The notes under the pieces were generated by a model. That model saw only the letters and a list, made by a program, of their open reading frames with translations. It was not told the DNA's origin and did not search any database. 37,832 nt of DNA from Pedosphaera sp. (GTDB taxonomy: Bacteria; Verrucomicrobiota; Verrucomicrobiia; Limisphaerales; SIBH01): positions 1-37,832 of the forward strand of contig JANOQV010000169.1 in NCBI GenBank assembly GCA_031414955.1. The letters run 5' to 3'. Shown piece after piece: positions 12,146 through 20,882 of the stretch (positions are counted from its first letter, which is position 1; the number at the start of each line of letters is the position of its first letter). Both the position numbers and the translations under genes were made by a program.

Positions 12146-14740
12146 ATGCGACAACACCGCGTGAAAAGAACCAATCGCAAGCCGAACTTTTTCTGGCAGG
12201 GCGTGCTCATCCTCGCCCCGGTGCTGGTCCTGGCGAAACTCGGCGCGGTCGCACTCTCGCAAGACAAGCGCATGGCGCAACACGAGGCGGAGTTGCGCGC
12301 GCAAGACGAGGCGGAGGAGGCGGCGCAGACGATCTGGACCGACTTGCAGAAACTCGACGAAGTTCCAGTTCCATCCCTCGCCTTCCCACCACAACTTGTC
12401 ATGGCGGCCAGTCCCACTGCCATACGGCGAATAACCGTTGCCAACTCAGTGGCAACGGTGACGCAAGGCATGTTCACCGCCCGCGGCGCGGGGCGGATCG
12501 AGATCGACAACACAGGTCGTCTCCTTTTTCCGCCGCCTTATGAACCCGTGCCACGCCCGAATCCACTCGATACTTCTGAGTTGAGCGCGGAGCAGCGCGT
12601 GTTGTGGGACGCGGCGCGGCAGCACTTCATCGGTCCGCCAGCCCCGATCAAAACTTATTTCAAACCCGAGGCTCAACTTCCGTCGGGAGACTATCGTGTC
12701 GCTCAATGGACCAATCTTGCCCGGAACCCGTATGCGCGCTTCCTCGACTCCAGACCGCCGAGCAACTTCGGGGCGCTGGCTTACTTCGCGCTGGGCAACG
12801 CTTACGCGGCGGAAGGCGACTACTGGTTGGCGTTCAATCAGTTTTCGGGAGTCACGAATTATTTCGCGTCCGCCGTGACCGAGGCCGGCCTGCCGCTCAG
12901 ACCGCTGGCGATTGTCAAAATGTTTGAGACCCGTCCGCCGCCGAGTGCGATGTCACCCAATGTCTGGCCGTCGCGCGAAGCGGTGTTGCGGTCGCTGCTC
13001 GCCGAGCCGTGCGCAGTCACTGGGGACTTGCTGCGCCAGATTTCCGAGATGCCGAACAACCTCGTGCCGCCGAACCTGTCGCCCGGCGATAGCGATTTGC
13101 ACGCGGCGCTTAAAGGGTGGCAGCAACAGGAGCAGCTTCGCGCCATTTATTCCACCGCAAGTCCGTCGCTTATGGTGCAACCCAGCATTGGACTCGTCAG
13201 TGCGACAAATGCTTCCCCGTTGACCTTCTCGCCATCGCGCGCAGTTTCACTCTTCTGGATCACGCTGCACACAGAACAGGCGGTCACGAATGCTGCGGCT
13301 GTCTCCACCCGCATGGCACCAGCCCGGAAACCAGCAGTGCAACCCGGCCAGCCAGTCCTGTCACCGCTCACGATTGTCGGGACAAATCTGGACGAGGAAC
13401 CCCAAGGCATTCGCCCGCTCTCCGCACACTTATCGGCAGTGCGTTGGTTGAGCTACGACGAACGCTGGCTGGTCGTGCGGCTGCCGGGTGAGTCCGGCGC
13501 AACTTTGCTCTGCTGGGCCGAGCCCGTGCTGAAGAAAATGGCCGAAGCTTCCTTCCGACGCGTGCGCAAGCCCGAATATTTCGACGTGAGTGTCCGCATC
13601 GCCGGCGCGGATTTGATCTCGAGCAACAGCCTGCAAAGCCTCGAATACGTGGCGGGCAGCAAGGGCAGCGGACATTACTGGCACCGAACCACGCCGAAAG
13701 CGCCGCCCGCCATTCTGGCCCGGACTTCACGCCTGATCGGCGGTGACTCGGTGCTGGAAGTGGCCGTCCACCTCATCGGGCCGGACATGCTCTTTGAACA
13801 CCAACGCTCGCGCACTCATCTTTTTGGCGGAGTCATCGGTTTCGCCATCGTTTCCGCCGTCCTCGGTTTCTACTTCGCCTGGCGCGCGTTCCGCAAGCAG
13901 CTCCGCCTGGCTGAAATGAAATCCAACTTCGTCTCCAGCGTGTCGCATGAACTGCGCGCGCCCATCGCCTCGGTGCGGCTGATGGCGGAGGGATTGGAGC
14001 GCGGGAAAATTTCTGACCCGGCCAAGCAGCGCGAATACTTCCGCTTCATCACCCAGGAATGCCGGCGGCTCTCGGCCATGATCGAGAACGTGCTCGACTT
14101 CGCCCGCATCGAGCAGGGCCGCAAGGAATACGAGTTCGAGCCGACCGACATGGCCGCGCTGGTGCAGACAACGGTCAAGCTGATGGAACCGTATGCGGAG
14201 GAGCGCGGGGTCGGGTTGAGAGTTGAAAGTGGAGAGTTGAAGGCCGGAGGAGCAGAAGCAAACGACGCCACGGTTGCAACTGAGACGGAATGCGATTCTC
14301 CCTCTCCTTGGGGAGAGGGCCGGCGTGAGGGAGAACGGTGCGTCGCGAACATCGACGGCCAGGCCGTGCAACAGGCTCTCGTCAACCTCCTCGACAACGC
14401 CATCAAGCACTCACCGAGCGGCAGCGAAGTGACTGTGACTTTGGCAATCCCCAATCCAAAATCCAAAATCCAAAATCCTCAATTGCTCCTCTCCATCTCC
14501 GACAGCGGCCCCGGCATTCCCGCCGCCGAGCATGAGAAAATCTTCGAGCGCTTCTACCGTCTCGGATCGGAGCTGCGCCGCGAGACACCCGGCGTCGGCA
14601 TCGGTTTGAGCATTGTGAAACACATCGTCGAGGCGCACGGCGGCCGGGTGATTGTGGAGAGCGAAATCGGGAAGGGCAGCCGCTTCACCATCGAACTGCC
14701 TTTGAATGCAGAGACGCGAACCATGGAGGTGAACCCATGA
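12146..14740 (+). CDS. Sensor histidine kinase (2 TM, large periplasmic domain, HisKA + HATPase)
   Basis: FVSSVSHELRAP H-box, NLLDNAIKH, DSGPGI, IFERFYR, GVGIGLSIV, GKGSRF. Confidence 0.95.
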   Translation: MRQHRVKRTNRKPNFFWQGVLILAPVLVLAKLGAVALSQDKRMAQHEAELRAQDEAEEAAQTIWTDLQKLDEVPVPSLAFPPQLVMAASPTAIRRITVANSVATVTQGMFTARGAGRIEIDNTGRLLFPPPYEPVPRPNPLDTSELSAEQRVLWDAARQHFIGPPAPIKTYFKPEAQLPSGDYRVAQWTNLARNPYARFLDSRPPSNFGALAYFALGNAYAAEGDYWLAFNQFSGVTNYFASAVTEAGLPLRPLAIVKMFETRPPPSAMSPNVWPSREAVLRSLLAEPCAVTGDLLRQISEMPNNLVPPNLSPGDSDLHAALKGWQQQEQLRAIYSTASPSLMVQPSIGLVSATNASPLTFSPSRAVSLFWITLHTEQAVTNAAAVSTRMAPARKPAVQPGQPVLSPLTIVGTNLDEEPQGIRPLSAHLSAVRWLSYDERWLVVRLPGESGATLLCWAEPVLKKMAEASFRRVRKPEYFDVSVRIAGADLISSNSLQSLEYVAGSKGSGHYWHRTTPKAPPAILARTSRLIGGDSVLEVAVHLIGPDMLFEHQRSRTHLFGGVIGFAIVSAVLGFYFAWRAFRKQLRLAEMKSNFVSSVSHELRAPIASVRLMAEGLERGKISDPAKQREYFRFITQECRRLSAMIENVLDFARIEQGRKEYEFEPTDMAALVQTTVKLMEPYAEERGVGLRVESGELKAGGAEANDATVATETECDSPSPWGEGRREGERCVANIDGQAVQQALVNLLDNAIKHSPSGSEVTVTLAIPNPKSKIQNPQLLLSISDSGPGIPAAEHEKIFERFYRLGSELRRETPGVGIGLSIVKHIVEAHGGRVIVESEIGKGSRFTIELPLNAETRTMEVNP
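14215..14335 (+). repeat. In-frame repeat insertion in the kinase: 4x GTTGARA-like heptamers plus CCCTCTCC/GGAGAGGG palindrome
   Basis: gttgaga gttgaaa gtggaga gttgaag (14215-14242); ccctctcc-ttgg-ggagaggg-ccggcgtgaggg (14300-14331). Confidence 0.75.
14446..14480 (+). repeat. In-frame AATCCAA heptamer tandem repeat (5 units) in the HATPase domain
   Basis: aatcccc aatccaa aatccaa aatccaa aatcctc, encoding IPNPKSKIQNPQ. Confidence 0.85.
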
Positions 14741-14768
14741 ACGGCACCCGCCATCCAGGCAGGAATAG

Positions 14769-14829
14769 GTCAAACGAATGGGGGCAAACGAATGCCAAGT
14801 CTTTATTCGCTTGTCCCCATTCGTTTGAC
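14769..14829. repeat. Intergenic inverted repeat with internal CAAACGAAT duplication
   Basis: gtcaaacgaatgggggcaaacgaat / attcgcttgtccccattcgtttgac, 23/25 complementary. Confidence 0.8.
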
Positions 14830-14864
14830 ACTCGTCCGGTTCGTCTGACAAGGAGCGCGGGGCA

Positions 14865-15557
14865 ATGAGCCTGAACGCCCGCATCCTCATTGTGGAAGAC
14901 GAACTGCCCATGCGGACGGCGCTGGAGGACTGCCTCGTCGGCGAGGGTTTCCGTGTCATTACCGCCGCGGATGGCGAACGCGGATTGGAACGCGCATTGA
15001 AGGAGAAGCCCGACGTCATCCTGCTCGACGTGATGATGCCGCGCCTCGACGGCTTCGCGGTCTGCGCGGAACTGCGCCGGCTCGGCCACGCCACGCCCGT
15101 GCTCATGCTCACCGCCAAGGGCCAGGTGCGCGACCGCGTGAACGGACTCGACTGCGGCGCGGATGATTATCTGGTGAAGCCGTTCAGCACGGATGAACTG
15201 CTGGCGCGCGTGCGGGCCTTACTGCGCCGCGCACAAAGGCCCGGTTCGTTCGTGCGCGAACTGACCTTGGGCGACGTGCGGATTGATTTCATCCAGCAGA
15301 GCGCGACGCGGAAACGGAAGGCGCTGCATTTCACCGCCAAGGAGTTCGCCATGCTGCGGCTGCTGGCCGAGGCGCAGGGCGAGCCGGTGTCGCGCGAGAA
15401 ATTTCTCGACGTGGCGTGGGGCTACGCGGCGTTTCCCACCACGCGCACGGTCGATATGCACATCGCCTCGCTGCGCCGCAAGCTGGAGAAAAACCCCGAC
15501 GCCCCGCGCTGGATCAAGACGGTGCATGGCACCGGCTACCGATTGGAGAGGGAATGA
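14865..15557 (+). CDS. OmpR/PhoB-family response regulator
   Basis: ILIVEDE, LLDVMMP, MLTAK, GADDYLVKPF, TRTVDMHIASLRRKLE, TVHGTGYR. Confidence 0.97.
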   Translation: MSLNARILIVEDELPMRTALEDCLVGEGFRVITAADGERGLERALKEKPDVILLDVMMPRLDGFAVCAELRRLGHATPVLMLTAKGQVRDRVNGLDCGADDYLVKPFSTDELLARVRALLRRAQRPGSFVRELTLGDVRIDFIQQSATRKRKALHFTAKEFAMLRLLAEAQGEPVSREKFLDVAWGYAAFPTTRTVDMHIASLRRKLEKNPDAPRWIKTVHGTGYRLERE

Positions 15558-15559
15558 AC

Positions 15560-15773
15560 GGCCGCGAGAGAACGCAGAGAGCGCCAAGAGCCTTTCGTCG
15601 GCTGTCTTCTTCCTCTCCCCGTGACGCAGGAGCGGGGAGAGGACCGAGGAGAGGGGCAGGCGGAGGAGCGATGGAATGTTCCGCGCGCCTCCTCTCCCCG
15701 GCCCTCTCCTCCGCTCCGCGGAAGAGAGGGAGTCGGACAGCCGGTTTTGCGTTCTCTGTGTTCTCTCGCGGCC
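15560..15773. repeat. Nested repeat: 21-bp inverted arms enclosing a pair of CCTCTCC palindromes
   Basis: ggccgcgagagaacgcagaga (15560-15580) vs tctctgtgttctctcgcggcc (15753-15773), 20/21; inner hairpins at 15611-15656 and 15688-15730. Confidence 0.8.
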
Positions 15774-15780
15774 AATCCCA

Positions 15781-15798
15781 ATTTACAAAAGCATGACA
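15781..15798 (+). promoter_or_regulatory. Second copy of the putative OmpR/PhoB-type box, upstream of the ankyrin gene
   Basis: ATTTACAAAAGCATGACA, 17/18 identical to 12092-12109. Confidence 0.65.
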
Positions 15799-15801
15799 AG
15801 G

Positions 15802-15872
15802 CCGTAGCCGCATCCTGTGAAGGTGCGGCTGACTGAAATCAAATGGCCGCGCCTTCACAGGCGCGGCTACGG
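15802..15872. repeat. GTAG-type REP doublet
   Basis: ccGTAGccgcatcctgtgaaggtgcggc ... gccgcgccttcacaggcgcggCTACgg. Confidence 0.8.
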
Positions 15873-15885
15873 AGTGAATCGAATT

Positions 15886-18075
15886 ATGAAAGCAATCAAC
15901 CTGTTCGTGGCGGTGCTGGTGCTCGCGGTCAACGCCTTTGCCGCCGACGCGCTCACCGAGCGGCTCCAGCGCGGGCTGTTCGAGGAGGAGGCGAATCACA
16001 ATCTCGACGCGGCCATCAAGGAGTATCAATCCGTGGTCACGGCGTCCGATGAGCAGCGCAAGGTCGTCGCCACGGCGCTGTTTCGGCTCGGCGAGTGTTA
16101 CCGCAAGCTGGGGCGGACGAATGAGGCCACCGCGTTCTACCAGCGCATCGTGCGCGACTACTCGGAGCAGGAACAACTGGCAAAGCTCGCGAGTGATTTT
16201 TTGAAGCCTTCGCTCGTGGCGACCGGAAACAAGTCCGCGCTCACGCTCGAACTGGAACGCAAGCTCGCCACGCTGAAGGTGGAGAGCATCACCCAGCGGA
16301 TGGAGGCGGAACGGCTCGCGAGCCTGAGCCGGGACGACTTGCTCAACACCGACGTGGTGCAGAAGGACGCGGGCTACCTCAGTCTCATGCAGCAGGGAAT
16401 GGCCATTTCCCAAAAGTCCACGGACCTGAAATCCAAGCTCGCTGATAATCATCCGGAGGTACAGGCCTTGAACGGGCTGCGCAAGAAGCTGATCGAGCAA
16501 ATTGACGAACGCCTGAAAACCATCGTGGCTGGTGCGCAAGAACGGGCCCGACTGGCTGCATTACAGGTGTCCGCGCTGGGTGATGAGTTGAAGAAGGCCC
16601 AGAACGAAACGGCTGCGGCTCCACGCCCCGCGACCGAGACCACATCACTCACCCAGGCGGAGGCCGAGGAGCTGGCGCGGGTGAAGACCGTCGCTCGGAA
16701 CAGCCCGGATCGCCTGGAAGCACCCGTGAACCACAGCATGAGTGAGTTGCAATACGCCGCGTTGAATGGCAACGCCAGCGTGGCCGAGTTTCTCCTCGCC
16801 CAGGGCGTCTCGGCCAACGGGAATGCGGCTGCAAACCGCCCGCTCTACCTCGCGGCCAAGGAAGGTCATCTGCGCATCGTCAAGATGCTGGTCGAACACG
16901 GGGCCAAGGTGGATGGCAACGACCCCACGGCTTTGAATGCCATCGTGTTGGCCGCCGGGGCCGGCCACAAATCCGTGGTCAGCTATCTCCTCGAGCACGG
17001 GGCCGACGTGAACTCCGGCCATCCCTCCGGCAACGCCGCCCTCGCCTACGCCGTGTCGGGCTACCGGGACGACATGGTCGAGTTTCTCCTCGCCCATGGA
17101 GCGAAGCCCGACGGGCTTTCCTTTGGCGGCTACAACCTTCGATCCACGCGCAGCAGCATGGATGTGCAGAGCGGCACCCCGTTGCACCGGGCCGTGGCCA
17201 ATAAGAACCGGGCCATCGCGGAACTTCTCATCCGCGCCGGCGCCTCAGTGAACGCCACCAATCTTGAAGGCCAGACGCCTTTGCACCTGGCCGCGTTCAT
17301 TGGCGCCACGAACGCCGCCGCGCTGCTCCTGGAACAGGGTGCCGCCGTCGAACCCGTCACCCGCTACGGTGTGACGCCGTTTAGCTCTGCCTTGTCCGAA
17401 AGAAACACCGAGGTGCTGTCGCTCCTCCTGCAACGCGGCGCAAATCCCAACCAGTTGATTGAGGTCTCCGGCCAGCCGATGCCCGCGCTCTTCGTGGCCA
17501 TAATTCTCGGCCCGGCGGATTTGCTTTCCGCCCTGCTCGCGGCCAAACCGGACTTGAAAGTGGTGGCAGCCGACGGAAACACCCCGCTGTTCATGGCCAT
17601 TGAAAGGAGGAGTCCCGACATGGTGGAGGCGCTCCTCAAGGCGGGAGCCGAACCCAACCAGAGGAATCGCGCCGACTACCTGCCGCTGATTCGCACCGTC
17701 GATCTGGGGCAGGTGAAAGCCTTCGAGGCACTGCTGAACTCCAAGGCCGATCCGAGTCTCGCCGATCCGCTGGGCCGCACCGCGCGGCAACTGGCGGCGA
17801 ACTACGCCTCGCGACCGGTTACAGGCGAGGCGTATGTCTCGACGCCCGGCATAGCGAAACAAATCATCTCAGCAGAGCTTCGGAACGCCGCCAGCCAGAT
17901 GACCAATCTCTTGCAGCAACATGGGCTCATGCCCCCGCCCCCGCCACCCTTGGATCCACCGCCCAATCCGGCCCCCGGGCCGGGGAACCGCATCCTGCCA
18001 CCCACGTCGCCTGGTGCGCCGGGTTTGCCTGTCCAACTGCCGCCCACGTCTTTGGATGTGCCCAAGCCGCGCTAG
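15886..18075 (+). CDS. Secreted TPR / coiled-coil / ankyrin-repeat protein with Pro-rich tail
   Basis: Signal peptide MKAINLFVAVLVLAVNAFA; TPR-like ALFRLGECYRKLG; multiple ankyrin motifs (GTPLHRAV, GQTPLHLAA, GNTPLFMAI); C-terminal poly-Pro. Confidence 0.9.
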   Translation: MKAINLFVAVLVLAVNAFAADALTERLQRGLFEEEANHNLDAAIKEYQSVVTASDEQRKVVATALFRLGECYRKLGRTNEATAFYQRIVRDYSEQEQLAKLASDFLKPSLVATGNKSALTLELERKLATLKVESITQRMEAERLASLSRDDLLNTDVVQKDAGYLSLMQQGMAISQKSTDLKSKLADNHPEVQALNGLRKKLIEQIDERLKTIVAGAQERARLAALQVSALGDELKKAQNETAAAPRPATETTSLTQAEAEELARVKTVARNSPDRLEAPVNHSMSELQYAALNGNASVAEFLLAQGVSANGNAAANRPLYLAAKEGHLRIVKMLVEHGAKVDGNDPTALNAIVLAAGAGHKSVVSYLLEHGADVNSGHPSGNAALAYAVSGYRDDMVEFLLAHGAKPDGLSFGGYNLRSTRSSMDVQSGTPLHRAVANKNRAIAELLIRAGASVNATNLEGQTPLHLAAFIGATNAAALLLEQGAAVEPVTRYGVTPFSSALSERNTEVLSLLLQRGANPNQLIEVSGQPMPALFVAIILGPADLLSALLAAKPDLKVVAADGNTPLFMAIERRSPDMVEALLKAGAEPNQRNRADYLPLIRTVDLGQVKAFEALLNSKADPSLADPLGRTARQLAANYASRPVTGEAYVSTPGIAKQIISAELRNAASQMTNLLQQHGLMPPPPPPLDPPPNPAPGPGNRILPPTSPGAPGLPVQLPPTSLDVPKPR

Positions 18076-18231
18076 TGGCTGCGCACGCGCGCCGACGCAC
18101 TGAATAGTTTGTCCGACCGACAGGATTCTTTGGTTGAACGGCGTGAGGCGGAGCAGCGGATCGCCGAGTCCGCTGATCCTCCGCTCTGAAACAGGCACGG
18201 CGGACATGGCTGTCCGCCGCTCCGCTTCTGG

Positions 18232-18398
18232 CTCCCCTCACCCTCTTTCCCTCTGCATGAACCGGAGCGCGGCTCTCCAGAGCCGCAGCACGTCCAGAAC
18301 GTCGTGGCCACTGCGGCTCTGGAGAGCCGCCGTCGGTTCAGGGGTTCAAGGCGCGAGTTCTTCATCCGGAAAATTCTCTCCCCGTTGAGGGGAGAGGG
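18232..18398. repeat. Three-layer nested repeat element
   Basis: CCCTCACCC..CCCTCTCCCC/GGGGAGAGGG element split by a 121-bp insert (18255-18375) flanked by CTCT; the insert has TGAACCG/CGGTTCA arms enclosing a perfect 19-bp inverted repeat (18269-18287 / 18312-18330). Confidence 0.75.
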
Positions 18399-18438
18399 AG
18401 GACTGGCCCGGAGTTGCGGGTTGCGCCGCCGGAGGCTC

Positions 18439-19551
18439 ATGGCTAGCGTCGCGAAGATGATTCTCCGCCGCAGTCTCCAGGCCTTGCTGCTGCTTGCCGT
18501 ATTGCAGAGCAGTCACGCCGCCGAGCGGCGCACAGCGGTCTCGAACGTGGGAGACGAATTTCACATCAACGGAAAGCCGACTTACGCCGGGCGCGTTTGG
18601 AACGGGCACAAGATTCAGGGACTGCTGTTCAACTCCCGCATGGTGCAGGGCATCTTCGACGACCTGAACACGAACACGGCGGCGCAGTGGGCTTATGCGG
18701 ACACGGGCCGCTGGGACGCGGAGCGGAACACACGCGAGTTCATCGCGGCCATGCCGGAGTGGAGAGCGCACGGGTTGCTGGCTTTCACGATCAATTTGCA
18801 AGGCGGCTCGCCGCAGGGTTATTCGAGCGCGCAGCCGTGGCACAACTCGGCCATCGCCGCCGATGGATCGCTGCGCGCGGATTACTTGCGACGGCTGGAA
18901 CGCATTCTCGACCGGGCGGACGAACTGGGGATGGTGGTCATGCTCGGTTACTTCTACTTCGGCCAGGACGAACGGGTGCGCGACGAGGCGGCGGTGATTC
19001 GCGCCAAGGACGAAGCGACGCGATGGATTCTCGATCACGGCTGGCGCAACGTGCTGGTGGAGATCAACAACGAGTGCAACGTGCGTTACGACCACGCCAT
19101 TCTGAAACCGGATCGGGTGAATGAACTCATCGAGCGCGTGAAGAAGACCACGCGCGAGGGACGCCGGCTGCTGGTCAGCACTTCGTACGGTGGCGGAACG
19201 ATTCCGAAGGAGAACGTGGTGCGGGCGTCCGATTTCATGCTCCTGCACGGCAATGGCGTTTCCGACCCGAAGAAGATTTCCGACATGGTCCGGCAGACGC
19301 GAGCGGTGCCCGGCTACCGGCCGATGCCAATCCTCTTCAACGAGGATGACCACTTCGACTTCGACCAGCCGGCGAACAATTTTATCGCCGCGGTGGGCGA
19401 GCACGCTTCATGGGGCTATTTTGATTTCCGGATGAAGGGCGAGGGCTTTGGGGAGGGTTATCAAAGCGTGCCGGTGAATTGGGGTCTCAGTTCGGAACGC
19501 AAGCGCGGGTTCTTCAAACTGCTGCGCGAAATCACAGGCGAAGGAAAATGA
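18439..19551 (+). CDS. Secreted putative glycoside hydrolase (clan GH-A-like TIM barrel)
   Basis: GGAGG RBS; signal peptide; YLRRLERILDRADELGMVV, NVLVEINNEC (acid/base-like), PILFNED (nucleophile-like). Confidence 0.65.
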   Translation: MASVAKMILRRSLQALLLLAVLQSSHAAERRTAVSNVGDEFHINGKPTYAGRVWNGHKIQGLLFNSRMVQGIFDDLNTNTAAQWAYADTGRWDAERNTREFIAAMPEWRAHGLLAFTINLQGGSPQGYSSAQPWHNSAIAADGSLRADYLRRLERILDRADELGMVVMLGYFYFGQDERVRDEAAVIRAKDEATRWILDHGWRNVLVEINNECNVRYDHAILKPDRVNELIERVKKTTREGRRLLVSTSYGGGTIPKENVVRASDFMLLHGNGVSDPKKISDMVRQTRAVPGYRPMPILFNEDDHFDFDQPANNFIAAVGEHASWGYFDFRMKGEGFGEGYQSVPVNWGLSSERKRGFFKLLREITGEGK

Positions 19552-20549
19552 AACCACGAATCACACTCCTGCTCGGGCTGGCCGGCGCAACGGTGATTGC
19601 CATCACGGCGGTCTTCACGCCGGGCTGCACCTGTTACCCACAGGCGAACCAGACGACGCCAGCGAAGATTGAGCACGTGCGTTATCACGGCTGGGAGAAG
19701 GCGTTGCGCCTGCATAATGCGCAGGCCGAGGTCATCGTGGTGCCCGAGATTGGCCGGGTGATGAGCTTTCGCCTTCACGACGGCCAGAATGTGTTTTGGG
19801 AGGACCGTTCACTGGACGGCAAGCGCGGTGACCCAGCCGGCAAGGAGTGGATCAATTTCGGCGGCGACAAGACGTGGCCCGCCCCCGAGGCCGACTGGGG
19901 GAAGTACACCGGGCGCAAGGAATGGATGCCGCCGGCGGCGTTCGATTCGATGCGAGTGCAGGCACGCATCGAAGGCAACGCGGTAGTGCTGACTTCGCCG
20001 GTCGATCCACACTACGGCATCCGCACTATTCGCCGTGTGCAACTCCACGGGCAGAATCTGAACATCACCACCACCTACGAGCGTGTTTCGGGTGAGCCGA
20101 CGAAGGTCGGTGTGTGGGTCATCACACAGTTCAGGGAGCCGGTGGCGGTGGTTGTACCGGTGAAGGCCAGTTCGATTTTTCCCGAGGCCCATTACAAGTT
20201 CGGCCCCGAGCCTTGGCCGCAGTTGGAGCGCCGGGGAAATCATCTGGTGATCAAGCGTGACCCCAAGGCACCGCACAAGATGGGGAGCGATGCGCGGCAA
20301 CTGCTTTGGATCGGCGAGCACGAGACCTGCGTCATCACGACCTGGAGCCAGGGCAACGAGTATCCCGATCGCGGCGCCAGCGCGGAGGTTTATACCAATC
20401 CCGATCCCAAGAAGTACGTGGAGTTGGAGACGCTGGGACCGTTGTCCTGGCTGAAGCCAGGCGAGCAGATCGTGAACACCCAGAGCTATGCCCTGCAACG
20501 ACGAACCGGCACCACGATCGAGCAGGCCTTGAGGCTGGTTGACCACTAA
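19548..20549 (+). CDS. Exported DUF4380-like (galactose-mutarotase-like fold) protein
   Basis: ATGA overlap with the upstream gene; VVPEIGRVMSF, GGDKTWPAP, YVELETLGP; similar to 35501-36517. Confidence 0.65.
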   Translation: MKPRITLLLGLAGATVIAITAVFTPGCTCYPQANQTTPAKIEHVRYHGWEKALRLHNAQAEVIVVPEIGRVMSFRLHDGQNVFWEDRSLDGKRGDPAGKEWINFGGDKTWPAPEADWGKYTGRKEWMPPAAFDSMRVQARIEGNAVVLTSPVDPHYGIRTIRRVQLHGQNLNITTTYERVSGEPTKVGVWVITQFREPVAVVVPVKASSIFPEAHYKFGPEPWPQLERRGNHLVIKRDPKAPHKMGSDARQLLWIGEHETCVITTWSQGNEYPDRGASAEVYTNPDPKKYVELETLGPLSWLKPGEQIVNTQSYALQRRTGTTIEQALRLVDH

Positions 20550-20724
20550 GAGCCGGTCTGAAAATCAGGCGGACGGAGTGCGCCCGTCTCGGGCGCAGAA
20601 GCTTGAAAAGGTGGAAGGCGCTGGAAAAATCCACGCCGGCCGCAGTGCGTGCGTCGCTGCGCCCGGGACGGGCGCACTCCATCCGGGTCTGGTGCCACCG
20701 GATTCTGGAATTTCAGACCGGCTC
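20550..20724. mobile_element. 175-bp MITE-like element with IS5/IS1031-like ends, carrying a REP doublet
   Basis: Perfect 14-bp TIR GAGCCGGTCTGAAA / TTTCAGACCGGCTC flanked by TAA on both sides; internal inverted pair 20570-20598 / 20657-20685. Confidence 0.8.
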
Positions 20725-20882
20725 TAAGGCGGAAGCATTCCACTCCGACCGGCTCCGAATCGGCGGAGGTGGCCCGGTCGGAAACTGAGCATCGAGTTGC
20801 GGCCCGCGCCGGCACAGGCTGACCGATGCCTCCAGGTCCGGCCGCCTCGCATCCATGCTTGGCGCAGCCGGCTTCCTCGCCC

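Noticed and set aside
17929..17975. C-rich run at the end of the ankyrin gene as a contingency tract
   Set aside because: It encodes poly-proline with varied codons, not a homopolymer
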